From positions 78,864,001-78,928,000 of the forward strand of contig NW_027362772.1 of NCBI RefSeq assembly GCF_046119375.1: a DNA stretch of 64,000 bases, written 5' to 3'. Below the pieces are notes generated by a model. That model did not search any database. It saw only the letters and a list, made by a program, of their open reading frames with translations, and was not told the DNA's origin. The DNA is from Phyllobates terribilis (taxonomy: Eukaryota). Below, piece after piece: positions 26,130 through 40,200 of the stretch (position 1 is its first letter; the number at the start of each line of letters is the position of its first letter). A program made the position numbers and the translations under genes.

Positions 26130-26660
26130 GAAGCAAGCCGTTCCTATGGTAACGGTCGCGTGAGGTTTTATACGTCATAGTTCTGCGACGCCGCGCCATG
26201 TTTCTGGTGGGTTAGTGTTCTGTAGCCGACGTAACGTCATAGTACTGCGACCCCGCGCCATCTTTTTGATGGATAGTGTTCTGTAGCCGACATAACGTCA
26301 TAGTTCTGCGACGCCGCGCCATGTTTCTGGTGGGACGGTGTCGTGTTGATGGTACGTCACTAGCCGGAAGGGTGTCGTGGAACCTTGCAAAGAGCTCATC
26401 ACAGGCGGGGACTGTGCTTCACCTGCTAAGACACCGGGCAGCGACGTCCTGGACAGGTATGCCTATTGTGGGGACCATGCGGGAGGATGAGAGGAGTAGT
26501 CATCCTTTCTGGGCTGGGGAGGTGTCAGGAGATGTAATAGTGTTACGTAACACGTCACTTGTGAAGGTTGAATGGGATTGTGATGGGGAAGGTGGGCAGA
26601 AATTGTCATCACGATGAGTAGTGACGTCACACTATGACATCATCAATAACGTAATAAAAA
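26130..26660 (+). promoter_or_regulatory. NUCB1 CpG-rich promoter / first-intron bZIP site cluster
   Basis: X-box-like GTTCCTATGGTAAC (~26140), three ACGTCA + CGCCAT(G/C)TT modules, ETS CCGGAAG (~26364), palindrome GTTACGTAAC (26542-26551) and full CRE TGACGTCA (26622-26629). Confidence 0.65.
26360..26456 (+). other. NUCB1: Probable non-coding exon 1 of NUCB1
   Basis: CpG-rich block ending in donor CAG|GTATGC at 26456/26457; exon 2 acceptor ttgcag| at 31356 lies 9 nt before the ATG. The 5' boundary is approximate. Confidence 0.6.
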
Positions 26661-28354
26661 CCCTGCAGAGACCCTTTAATTAAAGGGGAAGTCCACCCTG
26701 CAGTGCTGGCATGTAGATCTGTGGAGGGGTCTCTGGGCCTTGTCTGATGGGGCTTATTTTGAATTTCTGGGATGCAATTACTGGCGTCCATAACCTTTTA
26801 TATAGGTGAACGGTGGGGGTCTCGGCACCAGGACTCTGGGTGGGACCTTGTATCCTCCCCTGCTCTTTTCCATCTCGGATAGAAGCTACTTTATACCAAG
26901 ATGTATCAGAGCGTCCTCCGTCCTCTCCTCCGTCCTCTCCTCCGTCCTCTCCTCCGTCCTCTCTCTCTCTACCATTGCTCCATGTATCAGCCTGGACCTA
27001 AAGGATTATTTCCAATGTTTTACGTTTTCCCCTTTCCACAATTATGATATATTAAAAGTAAGAATATAAATTGAGATATTATTTCTCACCCAGATCTAAG
27101 AATGCCGTCTTGAGACAACCCCTTTAAGCATTATTTTTTTTAACATAACACAGTTTCACCACAATTGGTGCATTTTTCTTGAACCCATTCCGGTTTTGTA
27201 AAGAAAGTAGCACTGAATTTAAAGTGTTCTACGCCCTGGGGCGTAAAGTATATGCCGTAACTCACTTTTACTGGTGTCCAATGATGAGGAGGCACGTTAA
27301 GGCTGTTTCACGCGAAGTATCGGAGTAGGAGGGGTGCACAGCACATTATTGTTTTATTGCACTATTAAAAGGTTCATGACCGTCCCTTTAAGGGAATTCT
27401 TAGTAGAGAGGAGTCACCAGTTCGAATCTATTAGGAACGGACTGTGACATCTGCATGAAAAAGAGCGATGCCGTTTCCAATCTGTAATCACATGTTACGC
27501 TTAGTTGCAAGGATCTGGTTTGTGACTTAGTAGATTTTAGTTTCACAAATCAGTAGGTTGGAAAATCTCAAATTCCGGATCACTTACCTACTGCACCGCC
27601 TCTGTGATGGTCCCAACCGGCGGCGAGGTTATGTCACAGCAGATGATCACTGATGGCTAATATGATCGTCCTGTCCCCCTACAGCATCACATTGTCGGCA
27701 GCACATCCCCTGTTTATACAGAGCCGCGTGCTGCCGATAACGTATGCCAGCATAAATCATCTGATCACCTGACAAATAAGCAAATCGCAAGACAACGAAA
27801 CCGGTTGCATTATTTGCAAATTGCTTGTTGCGGTAACTCGCGAGTCACATTATAACCCCATTCACTCGCACTGTCCTGTGATGTATCAGCGGCATAATGG
27901 TGCTGCCAAAGTCACAGTATAGATCCAGCCTTAAGGGGCTGTCTGATATAGAAAACCCATCATCAAACATCTTTTATAAAGTTTTTTAATTCCTTATTCA
28001 CAACCTCTTATCAATTAGGCAGACCGGAGAGCATCTTCAAGAAGCAGCTCTCTCTCTAGAGGACCAGATATGTCCTTACATTAAAAGAGTGTTCTGGTTT
28101 CCCCAGGCCAAGTTTCTTAAAAAAATATATATATATATAATAACAAACTGTTCTTTACTTGCCCTCCCTGTCTCAGTTTCTCCTGGTGTCTGATATTGTT
28201 GACAGCACTGCAACCAATCAGTGAGCTCATTGGCTCTGACCGGACATTAGGATTGTTAGTTGGTGGGAACATCCCTTTTGTGTTTGTCTTTTGGGAGATA
28301 TTTGACAGTTTTCCTCGCTGTGTAATCTCTTCCTGGCTTAGTCATTGGTGCTGC

Positions 28355-29774
28355 AGCGCAGGAGATGAGCTGGAGCGCAACAGATGGGAGAGGAGCGCAG
28401 GAGATGAGCTGGGGCGCCACAGATGGGAGAGGAGCGCACGAGATGAGCTGGGGCGCCACAGAAGGGAGAGGAGCGCAGGAGATGAGCTGGGGCGCCACAG
28501 ACGGGAGAGGAGCGCAGGAGATGAGCTGGAGCGCAACAGACGGGAGAGGAGAGCAGGAGATGAGCTGGGGCGCAACAGATGGGAGAGGAGCGCAGGAGAT
28601 GAGCTGGGGCGCCACAGATGGGAGAGGAGCGCAGGAGATGAGCTGGGGCGCCACAGATGGGAGAGGAGCGCAGGAGATGAGCTGGGGCGCCACAGATGGG
28701 AGAGGAGCGCAGGAGATGAGCTGGGGCGCCACAGATGGGAGAGGAGCGCAGGAGATGAGCTGGGGCGCCACAGATGGGAGAGGAGCGCAGGAGATGAGCT
28801 GGGGCGCCACAGATGGGAGAGGAGTGCAGGAGATGAGCTGGGGCGCCACAGACTGGAGAGGAGCGCAGGAGATTAGCTGGGGCGCCACAGACGGGAGAGG
28901 AGCGCAGGAGATGAGCTGGGGCGCCACAGACGGGAGAGGAGCGCAGGAGATGAGCTGGGGCGCCACAGACGGGAGAGGAGCGCAGGAGATGAGCTGGGGC
29001 GCCACAGATGGGAGAGGAGCGCAGGAGATGAGCTGGGGCGCCACAGACGGGAGAGGAGCGCAGGAGATGAGCTGGGGCGCCACAGACGGGAGAGGAGCGC
29101 AGGAGATGAGCTGGGGCGCCACAGACGGGAGAGGAGCGCAGGAGATGAGCTGGGGCGCCACAGACGGGAGAGGAGCGCAGGAGATGAGCTGGGGCGCCAC
29201 AGATGGGAGAGGAGCGCAGGAGATGAGCTGGGGCGCCACAGACGGGAGAGGAGCGCAGGAGATGAGCTGGGGCGCCACAGACGGGAGAGGAGCGCAGGAG
29301 ATGAGCTGGGGCGCCACAGACGGGAGAGGAGCGCAGGAGATGAGCTGGGGCGCCACAGACGGGAGAGGAGCGCAGGAGATGAGCTGGGGCGCCACAGACG
29401 GGAGAGGAGCGCAGGAGATGAGCTGGGGTGCCACAGATGGGAGAGGAGCGCAGGAGATGAGCTGGGGCGCCACAGACGGGAGAGGAGCGCAGGAGATGAG
29501 CTGGGGCGCCACAGACGGGAGAGGAGCGCAGGAGATGAGCTGGGGCGCCACAGACGGGAGAGGAGCGCAGGAGATGAGCTGGGGCGCCACAGACGGGAGA
29601 GGAGCGCAGGAGATGAGCTGGGGTGCCACAGACGGGAGAGGAGCGCAGGAGATGAGCTGGGGCGCCACAGACGGGAGAGGAGCGCAGGAGATGAGCTGGG
29701 GCGCCACAGACGGGAGAGGAGCGCAGGAGATGAGCTGGGGCGCCACAGACGGGAGAGGAGCGCAGGAGATGAGC
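28355..29774. repeat. 39-bp G/CpG-rich minisatellite, ~36 copies, NUCB1 intron 1
   Basis: Unit AGCGCAGGAGATGAGCTGGGGCGCCACAGA(C/T)GGGAGAGG. Confidence 0.97.
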
Positions 29775-30619
29775 GTTATTCTATTGCTCATTGAGAGGAA
29801 GACCCTGCCTGCGTCTCCTGACTCATACAGTGAACACGCCGAAACCAAAGTGTAGGAGAGGAACGTGGCAGGACTTGTACATCACTGCATTGCACAACCC
29901 CCATGTTCTGCACGTCTCATAGTCCTGATCTGTAATGATAGAACGTCCGCAGTCATTACTTTATATGGTGGCGATATCGGAGATTGTGTGACCCACAGCT
30001 GTCTTCCAGCGAGTCACCAAAAATCCCTCGGGTGACAGCGCAGGAAAGATCAGCACATCCCGCACCCAATGTTACCTGTGTCATGAACCTGACGTCTGCA
30101 AACCTCCGAGATCACACCCTTCTCTCCAAGAAAATCTCTCCCATCCTCATGTTTTCTGGAAGCACTGTAACGTTTATATTCCTGGCGTCCATCGTGCGGT
30201 CATTTTCCAGCTCGCTGTGATTACTGCGATACCCGGCTTCTTTACTATCTTAGTAGCTTCAAAAAAATTCGTCACTTTCTTAAAAAAAGAAAAAAAAAAC
30301 TTTTGTGCCGCCGTTCTCTAAGACCCATGACTTTTTTTTATTTTGCCGTCCATGGAGCTGCAAGAGGACTTGTTTTTTGCGCGCCAAGCTGTAGTTTTTA
30401 TTGATACCTTTTTGGGATGCATATGACATATTTTATGCGGGCGGTGCATCAGCCAAAAAGTTACATTTTCAATTTCTTTTTTTATTTGCTTTACGATTTT
30501 TAATGTGCAGGTTAAAAAAAATGCTATATTTTAATAGATCGGACATTTATGAACACAGTGATATCACATTTGCTTTTTTTTTTTTAACATTTCTTTATTT
30601 TTAACGTGGTGTCCCACAC

Positions 30620-31045
30620 TTTTATGCTTGTTTTTTTCCATGTTTTTATTTATTTTTCATATTTATATTTTTCTTTGTTCATATTTTTATTTTATTTAGA
30701 TTTTATTTTTATTCTTCATCTTTATATTTAGTTTTTATTCATGTTTTTATTTTTTTATATATTTATTTTTATGTTTTATTCATATTTTTATTTTTTTCGT
30801 ATATTTTTAATTTTTATTCATATTTTTATTTTTTTTATGTTTATTTTTATTTTTTCTTTGTGTTTATTTTTTTTCATATTTATATTTTTCTTTTTCTTTT
30901 ATTTAGATTTTATTTTTCTTCATGTTTTTATTTATTTTTCATGTTAATTTTTTTCATATTTATATTTTTTATTCATGTTTTTATATATATTTATTTTTAT
31001 TTTTTTCATATATTTTAAATTTTTTTTCATATTTTTATTTTTCCA
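30620..31045. repeat. T-rich low-complexity tract
   Basis: Degenerate TTTTTATTTTTTTCATA repeats. Confidence 0.85.
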
Positions 31046-31365
31046 TCATTACTATATACTACAATACTACCACATTAGAAACTTCGATTCACTGCTGTTA
31101 GAAGCATGTACTGGCGGTGTAACACAGCCGGCACCTACCTTGTGTGGGGCAGTCTCAGCTCCTGTGCCCGCTTCACATGCTCCAATCTACCCATGACAGA
31201 TATATCCATCAGTGGGCGTTACAGGGTTAATTCGGTGCCAAGCTTTCTGGCACTGGATAAGCTAACGCCTTATACTACCTAGCACAAACTTGATGGAAAT
31301 GGGGAAATCCGGGGACGGGATCCATTTAAATGATTTTCTGTTCTTTTGCCTTGCAGCACCTGAGG

Positions 31366-34161
31366 ATGAAGATCCCGCTCGTCTTATTAGGCTCCTTCCT
31401 GGGGCTTTGCCTGGCTGTACCGATAGACAGGGCCCCTCCGAAGCAAGAAGCGGAGCCCCCGGCAGAACCTGCAGTAAGTGCTCCATCATGGCCGTTCTCG
31501 TATACGATACATGTGTGACCTGTGACGCCAACAGACGCCGACCCCTCTGCAGTCACCGGGACTAATCGCTGCGACATCCGCTCAGATTCTAGGAAGGGAA
31601 AATGGACGGTTTAATTAAAGCGTCCGATCCAGATATCATCATAATCCTCAAAGTAAGCATGGCATCTATTTGTTCTGTGCCTCTGAATTCTTTATTCTGG
31701 CCCATGGACAAGTCAATGGAACCGAGTGTTTCAGCCATAGTGCCAAACCAAATGTATGCTCTTAAAGGATTCGTCCGATATAGTAAATGATTGCCTTCTC
31801 CGTGTAGCAGTTCTGGAGCATGCTTACTTGGGATTCTGTATTGTGACTTTCCTCTTGAACTGTATGAGTAGTTAAAGCTTTTTTTTTTTCTAATACATGT
31901 TTCTTGGGGTAAAAATTATCTTTGCAGTTGGTTTTCATCAACCATTTTGCACCGTATGCCTTTTATAACTTCTGTCTGATGAATGAGTAAACTGAGAATC
32001 CATCAGTGAGCTCGCTTTGACAGTCTGATGAAATTTGTACCTTTTTTTCTGTCTTTTTTTGGGGCTGATTTATGACCACATCAAAGTTGAATGTGCAGTG
32101 AAACAGAGGATGCAAGAGCCAAACGATGCAACACTTTGAATGGAACCCTATTTGTAAAAAAAAAATATTTTTTTTTTAGCTTCAAATACATGCATTTAAG
32201 TATAAAAAGTTGCGAAAGGTGAATCCCATGGGAATCACAGCCTTCATGTGATTACAGTTGTGCTCAAAAGTTTACATACCTCGGCAGGATATTTCCTTTC
32301 TTGGCCTTGTTTCAGAGAATATGAATGATAACAATAAAACTTTTTCTCCACTCATGGTTATTGGTTGGGTGAAGCCATTTATTGTCAAACTACTGTGTTT
32401 TCTCTTTTTAAATCTTAATGACAACCGAAAACATCCAAATGACCCTTTTTAAAGTAGTTTGACAATAAATGGCTTCACCCAACCAATAACCATGAGTGGA
32501 GAAAAAGTTTTATTGTTATCATTCATATTCTCTGAAACAAGGCCAAGAAAGCAAAAATTCTGCCGGGGTATGTAAACTTTTGAGCACAACTGTATGCTGG
32601 TCAGCGATTGTGGAGCTGAAGCCCCGGGCCCAGCTGATAGAGATCGGAGAATTGGCTACGTATCAGTCCTGTGGAAGGAACCAGGATTGGATCCTGTAAT
32701 TTACTTTTTTTTTCATTTTCTCAATCCTATGGCTCGTATGAGCTGGACTCCTAATTGTAACCTGTAGCTATAATTGTCATATAATATTAAAACACCTCTG
32801 TGAGAAGAAAAAGGCATCTATAAGGGGGCTACATTCACAGATGCCAAGGAGTTCCACTATACGGCTCTCAACTCCGGAGTTTCTTGGGCTGTATACTGTG
32901 TCTGGCATCCAGCTGAAACGGACAGTTGGGATGAGCATTCTACTTTTAGCCAATGAACATCACTGGGAAAGTCCTGTAGATTGCTGATTGGCTGAGACAA
33001 GCAGGCATCTCCTTCCAGTGCTCCTCCCATTTTATCTTTTTCAGCTGGATTCCAGATCAGTTCAGCTATGTAATGGGATTTCTGTAATCTGCTTTATGAG
33101 TATTTTAGAGTGTATATTTTTGGAGGGGGGAGTATTAGAGTAATATCATGTTTAGGTTATTGATTATCTCGTGACAGGACACCGGCTTGTACTACGATCG
33201 TTACCTGCGAGAGGTCATTGACGTGTTGGAAACAGACAATCATTTCCGAGAGAAGCTTCAGGCCGCCAACGCAGATGACATCAAGGTGAGCGCCAGCCCG
33301 TACCTGAGCGGTGTGCACGCGGCCGACCTCTGCACCGTGTGTTTGCTCTTCACTGTTGATTTTGTCCACCTGGAGGAGCAAAGTGCATGAAACCTAGTGA
33401 AGATAAGAGCAGCCCAAGAAATATTCTGCTTCCTGTGCTTTAGATAAGTAATCTGTGAGCATCTTATCTCCACCCAGCCTTAAAGGGACCCTATCATCAG
33501 AGAACCATCTATTGTTTAAATCAGGTTTTTGTGTTATACGTATTTACTAAAAAATATTGCCAATGTTTTTTTTGTTTTGTTTTTTATTTAAATCATAATC
33601 TATATTAAAAACGAAATTATTAATCTTGAAATTTTCAAACTGGCCACTGGGGCTTTTTTTTTTTTTTTTAATCTCACACTTTGTGTTTTCAGCAGGCTCA
33701 TTATCAGCAGAGGCAGGATTATAATGACACAGGTGATAACACAGAGCCCACCAATCACAATACTCACCTTACATCACAAAGAGCTTTGCACACGTTCATT
33801 AGATGCTTTAATACAAAAGATGGGGTCGGGATCCATCCATTGTGGCTAGGTACATGTGTTATTTCCTGAAACAACAGGAACTTAAAAAAAAAAAAAAAAA
33901 AAAAGCCCCAGTGGCCAATGTGAGAGCTGCAAGATTTTTTTTTTATTAATTCTAATTTATTATACATAAATTATAATTATTATAGTAAAAATAATATACT
34001 GGAACAGCACAATTTAATAACTACTCACAGTGGGGGATGCCAGGCCTCTGAACAATATGTCCACATTGTAGCATAGTAGAAAATATAGTAGAAGGCGCAC
34101 TCCAAAAAAAGGAAAGTTCTTTGGAAAAATGGACTTTATTGATCCCAAATGGCCATACAAT

Positions 34162-34219
<58 letters not shown>

Positions 34220-37200
34220 TACACAATTGTATTATTTAATACAAATTTTATTTTCAGTACAAAAAAAGATTAAAATGAAAAAAAAAATTGCCCAAAAAAT
34301 AAATGTACATTTATCACAAAAACCTGATTCATACAATAGATCATTTTTCATTAAATGCTTCTATACAAAAGAAATGGTCGGGATCCGACCACACTGACTG
34401 TGTTGTTTCTTGAAACAAAAGGAAGTTAGAATCTAAAAAATGCCCCAGTGTTTTATTATTTAATACAAATTTTATTTTCCATACAAAAAAAAATACCAAA
34501 AAATAAGAAAAGTACATTTAACACAAAAACCTGATTTATACAGTAGATCATTTTCTGATGATGGCTTCACTTTACATTATATAGCTGGCGGACATGCTAT
34601 TTTTCGGCTGAGCGCTATCTCTCTCACCGCAAGGCTCCAAGGCGAAGAAAAGGATTGAAATTCAATCTCCCCCTCTTTATGTCCCCCGACAAATTCTTTT
34701 GTGGGACAGCCGATGCCACTAGAGTCATTGGGTTCATCTGATCTTTATCTGATTTGTATGGGGGGAGCTTTAAAGGGCTATTCCTTCCTATCTCCGTAAA
34801 TGATGGAGTATAGTAATATATGCCATCACTTAAAGGGGCTTTTCCAAAATTAGATGGAGAAGAGAATGTTGTTAATTGTCACTTCCTGCTTTTATAAAAC
34901 CTAAAATGTCTTGTCACTTCAAAAGTGATCACTGCCAAATAAACCATCCATCAGTCACGTGACCGCTGCAGCCAATCACTGTTATCAGCAGCATATGACC
35001 GCTGAGCACCAAGTATAAAAGGACCTTTAATTTTTCATCTGTGGGGTCATTCCTGATCATCAACTGCAGCGCGACCCCCATTCCTTTCATCGGGCCCGGC
35101 TGCAGTAACCTGCACAGACAGCTGGCCAAGAGCGCTGCTCTGGAGGGAAAAACTGTGAAGGGGATGCAGTGCTCAGAATCTGGTTTTATACTCATGAATA
35201 GTTACTGGCAATATTTTTTTCCTATCTGCAGAGTGGTAAGCTCAGCAAGGAGCTGGATTTCGTGAGCCACCATGTACGGACAAAGCTAGATGAGCTGAAG
35301 AGGCAGGAGGTGTCCAGGCTGCGGATGCTGATCAAGGCGAAGATGGACGCAACCATGGAAGGAAGTGAGTAAAGTGCAGATGAAATGTCGGGGGGGCGGA
35401 GGACGGCACTGGGTCTCCCATTTTTTTTTTTGTTTAATACTTTTGTGGTCTTTGAAATGAAAAATAAAGTAACTTTCTAAAAAGCTTCTTGCCGTTTTGC
35501 GTACACAGCTCTTATGCAGAGCTATGCTCGTCCATGGTATTCTGGACAGTACTCTTTTCTACGTTCCGCTAATTTGCCAAGTGTAAAACGTGATTATTTT
35601 TTTCTCTCCTAGACGTGCAGATTGACCACTCCGCTCTGCTGAAACAGTTTGAGCATTTGGACCCCCAGAACCAGCACACATTTGAGGCCCGAGATTTGGA
35701 GTTGCTCATTCAGACAGTAAGATCATTCACGATTGGACCTGTAGAATATCGGCTCGTCTTCTCTTTCTAGACTGAGACCATATTATAAAGACTTAATGGT
35801 ACCTGAATTTGGGTGGGCTGCAGTCCCCTTTCACAGTCAGGTGACCAGGAGCGTTGCTCTGCAGGAAAAAAAAGTCACGTGGTTGGTGAGCGTCCCAGTC
35901 GTTGGACCCCACCAATCTTTTTCATCACTTTAACAGTGACTAGAAGGAAATTCTGGCTGTGCCCACCAGTTCAGGTTTTACCAAGAGTTTATGTGGGAAA
36001 CAGAGTAACAGAGCTCAGTATTTAAAGCTATATCCACTTTAGGACTTTGCTTGTTCCCTAGTTGTAAAGTTAAGCAACTTTCTAATTAGTCTTCATTAAA
36101 AATGTTCTACCATTTTGCTGCTGCTGAGTGCCCTTTATCTAGCTGGCTGCTGTTGCAAAACTATGTTAAAAATCCATCAGACATCCTGGTTCTTCTCCTT
36201 GATGGTTCTCTCCTCCCTCCTCTCCCTTTACTTAGTGTTATAGATAGCAGCAATAGGCGGTAGTACACAGATTTCCAGAGCATTGAGAGGGGAGAAAGTA
36301 TCTAACATGTCAGAGAGGGCAGAGGAATCCAACTATAGAAAAGGAGGAAAGTGCAGGATAAAAAGCTGTGCTGATGTGAGTGTGTGTTCAGCAGCACTCT
36401 GAAGAAACACAGAGCTCACATCCAGCCTATATTACTGGGAGGGACACACAGAGCTCACATCCAGCCTATATTACTGGGAGAGACACACAGAGCTCACATC
36501 CAGCCTATATTACCAGGAGACGCACAGAGCTCACATCCAGCCTACATTACTGGGAGTGACACACAGAGCTAACATCCAGCCTATATTACTGGGAGAGACA
36601 CACAGAGCTCACATCCAGCCTATATTACTGGGAGAGATACACACCTCACATCCAGCCTATATTACTGGGAGAGACACACAGAGCTCACATCCAGCCTATA
36701 TTACTGGGAGAGATACACACCTCACATCCAGCCTATATTACTGGGAGAGACACACAGAGCTCATATCCAGTCTATATTACTGGGAGAGATACACACCTCA
36801 CATCCAGCCTATATTACTGGGGCAGACACAGATCTCACATCCAGCCTATATTACTGGGAGAGACACACAGCTCACATCCAGCCTATATTACTGGGAGAGA
36901 TACACACCTCACATCCAGCCTATATTACTGGGAGAGACACACAGATCTCACATCCAGCCTATATTACTGGGAGAGACACACAGATCTCACATCCAGCCTA
37001 TATTACAGGGAGAGACACACAGATCTCACATCCAGCCTATATTACAGGGAGAGACACACAGAGCTCACATCCAGCCTATATTACAGGGAGAGACACACAG
37101 AGCTCACATCCAGCCTATATTACTGGGAGAGACACACAGAGCTCACATCCAGCCTATATTACTGGGAGAGAGACACAGAGCTCACATCCAGCCTATATTA

Positions 37201-40200
37201 CTGGGAGAGAGACACAGAGCTCACATCCAGCCTATATTACTGGGAGAGACGCACAGAGCTCACATCCAGCCTATATTACCGGGAGACGCACAGAGCTCAC
37301 ATCCAGCCTACATTACTGGGAGTGACACACAGAGCTAACATCCAGCCTATATTACTGGGAGAGACACACAGAGCTCACATCCAGCCTATATTACTGGGAG
37401 AGACACACAGAGCTCACATCTAGCCTATATTACTGGGAGAGATACACACCTCACATCCAGCCTATATTACTGGGAGAGACACACAGAGCTCACATCCAGA
37501 CTATATTACTGTTTTCTGTGTTAGAGGTGTTCATAGTTTTTAAAGTAATTGTATTTTCTAGCCAGAATATTCCAAAAACATTAATAGTGCTCACATCCAG
37601 CCTATATTACTGGGAGAGACACACAGAGCTCACACCCAGCCTATATTACTGGGAGAGATACACACCTCACATCCAGCCTATATTACTGGGGCAGACACAG
37701 ATCTCACATCCAGCCTATATTACTGGGAGAGACACACAGCTCACATCCAGCCTATATTACTGGGAGAGATACACACCTCACATCCAGCCTATATTACTGG
37801 GAGAGACACACAGATCTCACATCCAGCCTATATTACAGGGAGAGACACACAGAGCTCACATCCAGCCTATATTACTGGGAGAGACACACAGAGCTCACAT
37901 CCAGCCTATATTACTGGGAGAGACACACAGAGCTCACATCCAGCCTATATTACTGGGAGAGACACAAAGACCTCACATCCAGCCTATATTACTGTTTTCT
38001 GTGGTAGAGGTGTTCATAGTTTTTAAAGTAATTGTACTTTCTAGCCAGAATATTCCGAAAACATTAATAGTGCGAATTGGAGCACACTTCAGCTTGTAAC
38101 AGGACGATGGGAGGAGAGCGGGGTGGAGATCTATAGTCAAAGGATCGAGTGTTCCCTATTATAAAAAAACCTGAAGCCAGAATGTAATGTGAATTCTGCT
38201 TATTTTTCTCAGGCCACCAAAGATCTGGAGAATTACGATGCCGCTCATCACGAGGAGTTCAAACGTTACGAGATGATGAAGGAACACGAGAGGCGAGAAT
38301 ATCTGAAGTCGCTGGATGAGGATAAACGGAGAATGGAGGAAGCGCACTACGAAGAGATGAAGAAAAAGCACAGGGAGCACCCAAAAGTCAATGTACCAGT
38401 AAGTGCACTTCATGGTTGTTGATTGAACGAGCGGCCCGCTGTCTAAGCTGGATGTACACATTTAGTAATTTAGGCAGATTCTCATTATTCGCTGTGTCTG
38501 ATCTGCTCCATCCTTTTCACCAGGGAAGTAAAGATCAACTGAAGGAAGTCTGGGAGGAGACGGACGGGCTAGACCCCAATGATTTCAACCCAAAAACATT
38601 CTTCAAGTTACACGGTAAGTCTCGTCTGACCACATTTATATCATGGCCGAGGACGCAGAAGTGTGTAGGTTCTTCTAGTCAATGGTATATAGCATGTAGA
38701 CTGTATACATGAAGAAGTCCTCACCAATTTGTGAGATTCCACATTCTTATCTCTAATTTTTTTTTTTTCAGATACCAATGGAGATGGCGTTCTGGACGAG
38801 CAAGAGCTGGAGGCGCTCTTCACTAAGGAGGTAATCTACCAGCATACTCCGGATGATTAATTGATTTGCAAGACCCTGTCCACCAGCCATGTCAGTACTC
38901 TGTGGTTGTTGGATGAGAGCCGTGAGAATCTCCTCCTACCTTCCGGCATCCTTGACTCTTCTTTTGATTAGGGAGCCTGGTGCGATGTAATTGCTGTGGC
39001 GCGGCGTAATTCCTGTGGCACGACACACACGATGAGTCACCAGGCTGGCTAATCAAAAGAAGAACCACAGATGACGGGAGATGAGAGAAGATCGTCAGGG
39101 CTCCCGACCAGCGGCCACAGATTACTGACATAGGCAATGGACTGACTGGGTCCTGAGAATTGATTCATACCAGCAATACCAGACACAGCCTATGAACAAG
39201 GGTGGCGCTATTCTGGGAGAAGGGGGGGGGGGGTGTTCTTTTTTTTTTTTTTCTTATCACTTACAACCTCTTAGCACTGGAGTAGACCTTGACCTTTGAA
39301 ATCTTATTTCTGACTTTATAAGTGATGTGAATAATGTTTTGCGCATTTTGCTTTTAGCTGGAGAAAGTCTACGACCCAAAGAATGAAGAAGATGACATGG
39401 TGGAAATGGAGGAAGAAAGGCTGCGGATGAGAGAGCACGTCATGAAAAATGTATGGAGGTTTTAATTAAAACCATTAAAGGGATGGGGGAGAGACCTGAT
39501 TAATATACATCCCCCCGCCAGCATAGACCTGGGGTCCTCACTGATACATTGTAGCAAATGACTGAAAAGACTTGTGCAACTGCTAATGATTAACTTGTCT
39601 ACGCATACTTTGCATTGACATTTTAGAACGTCAGTGCAGAGTTAAGTGAGGACCGCCCAGAAGTAGGTGAACAATAAGTAATTTTCTGATGACACCTTGC
39701 ATGTAAGAGATTGGCATTTTTTTTCCTATCACTTTATCCCAGTAAAGTCTTTTTTTTTTTTTATCCATTCTGTTTGACATCAAGTACTTCATTTTATTCA
39801 CTTAGCGGAGTGGGATTCCTTATGTGCAGGTTTACTGCCACTGAATGTAACAGCAGAGTTCCTATTCACTGACTGACAGCCAACAAATATATCGCGAAAA
39901 ATGGTGACAAATGTAACCAGAAAGTATATAAGAAAGTTGTAGAATTTTCATTTGCGCAGTGATTAAGTTCTAGTAAGGCAAAACTGAAAACCCATAAAAA
40001 AAGACAATTTTCTTTATCTTAAGAGATCTGTTTTATGTGGCCAAGGCCGATTTCACAAGTCTGAGATTCACTAACCGATAACAGACTTTTTCCGTGCTGT
40101 GTATAGCGCAATCAGGAAGGCAGAGCAAGTAATAAACCATGTCTGACTTCTCTAGGGGGAATCTGGCTGTGACTGACAGCCAGTGCCCCCTCATAATCTC

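Noticed and set aside
28196-29855. 496-aa (+) and 530-aa (-) repeat ORFs
   Set aside because: 39-bp minisatellite inside NUCB1 intron 1; open on both strands for arithmetic reasons.
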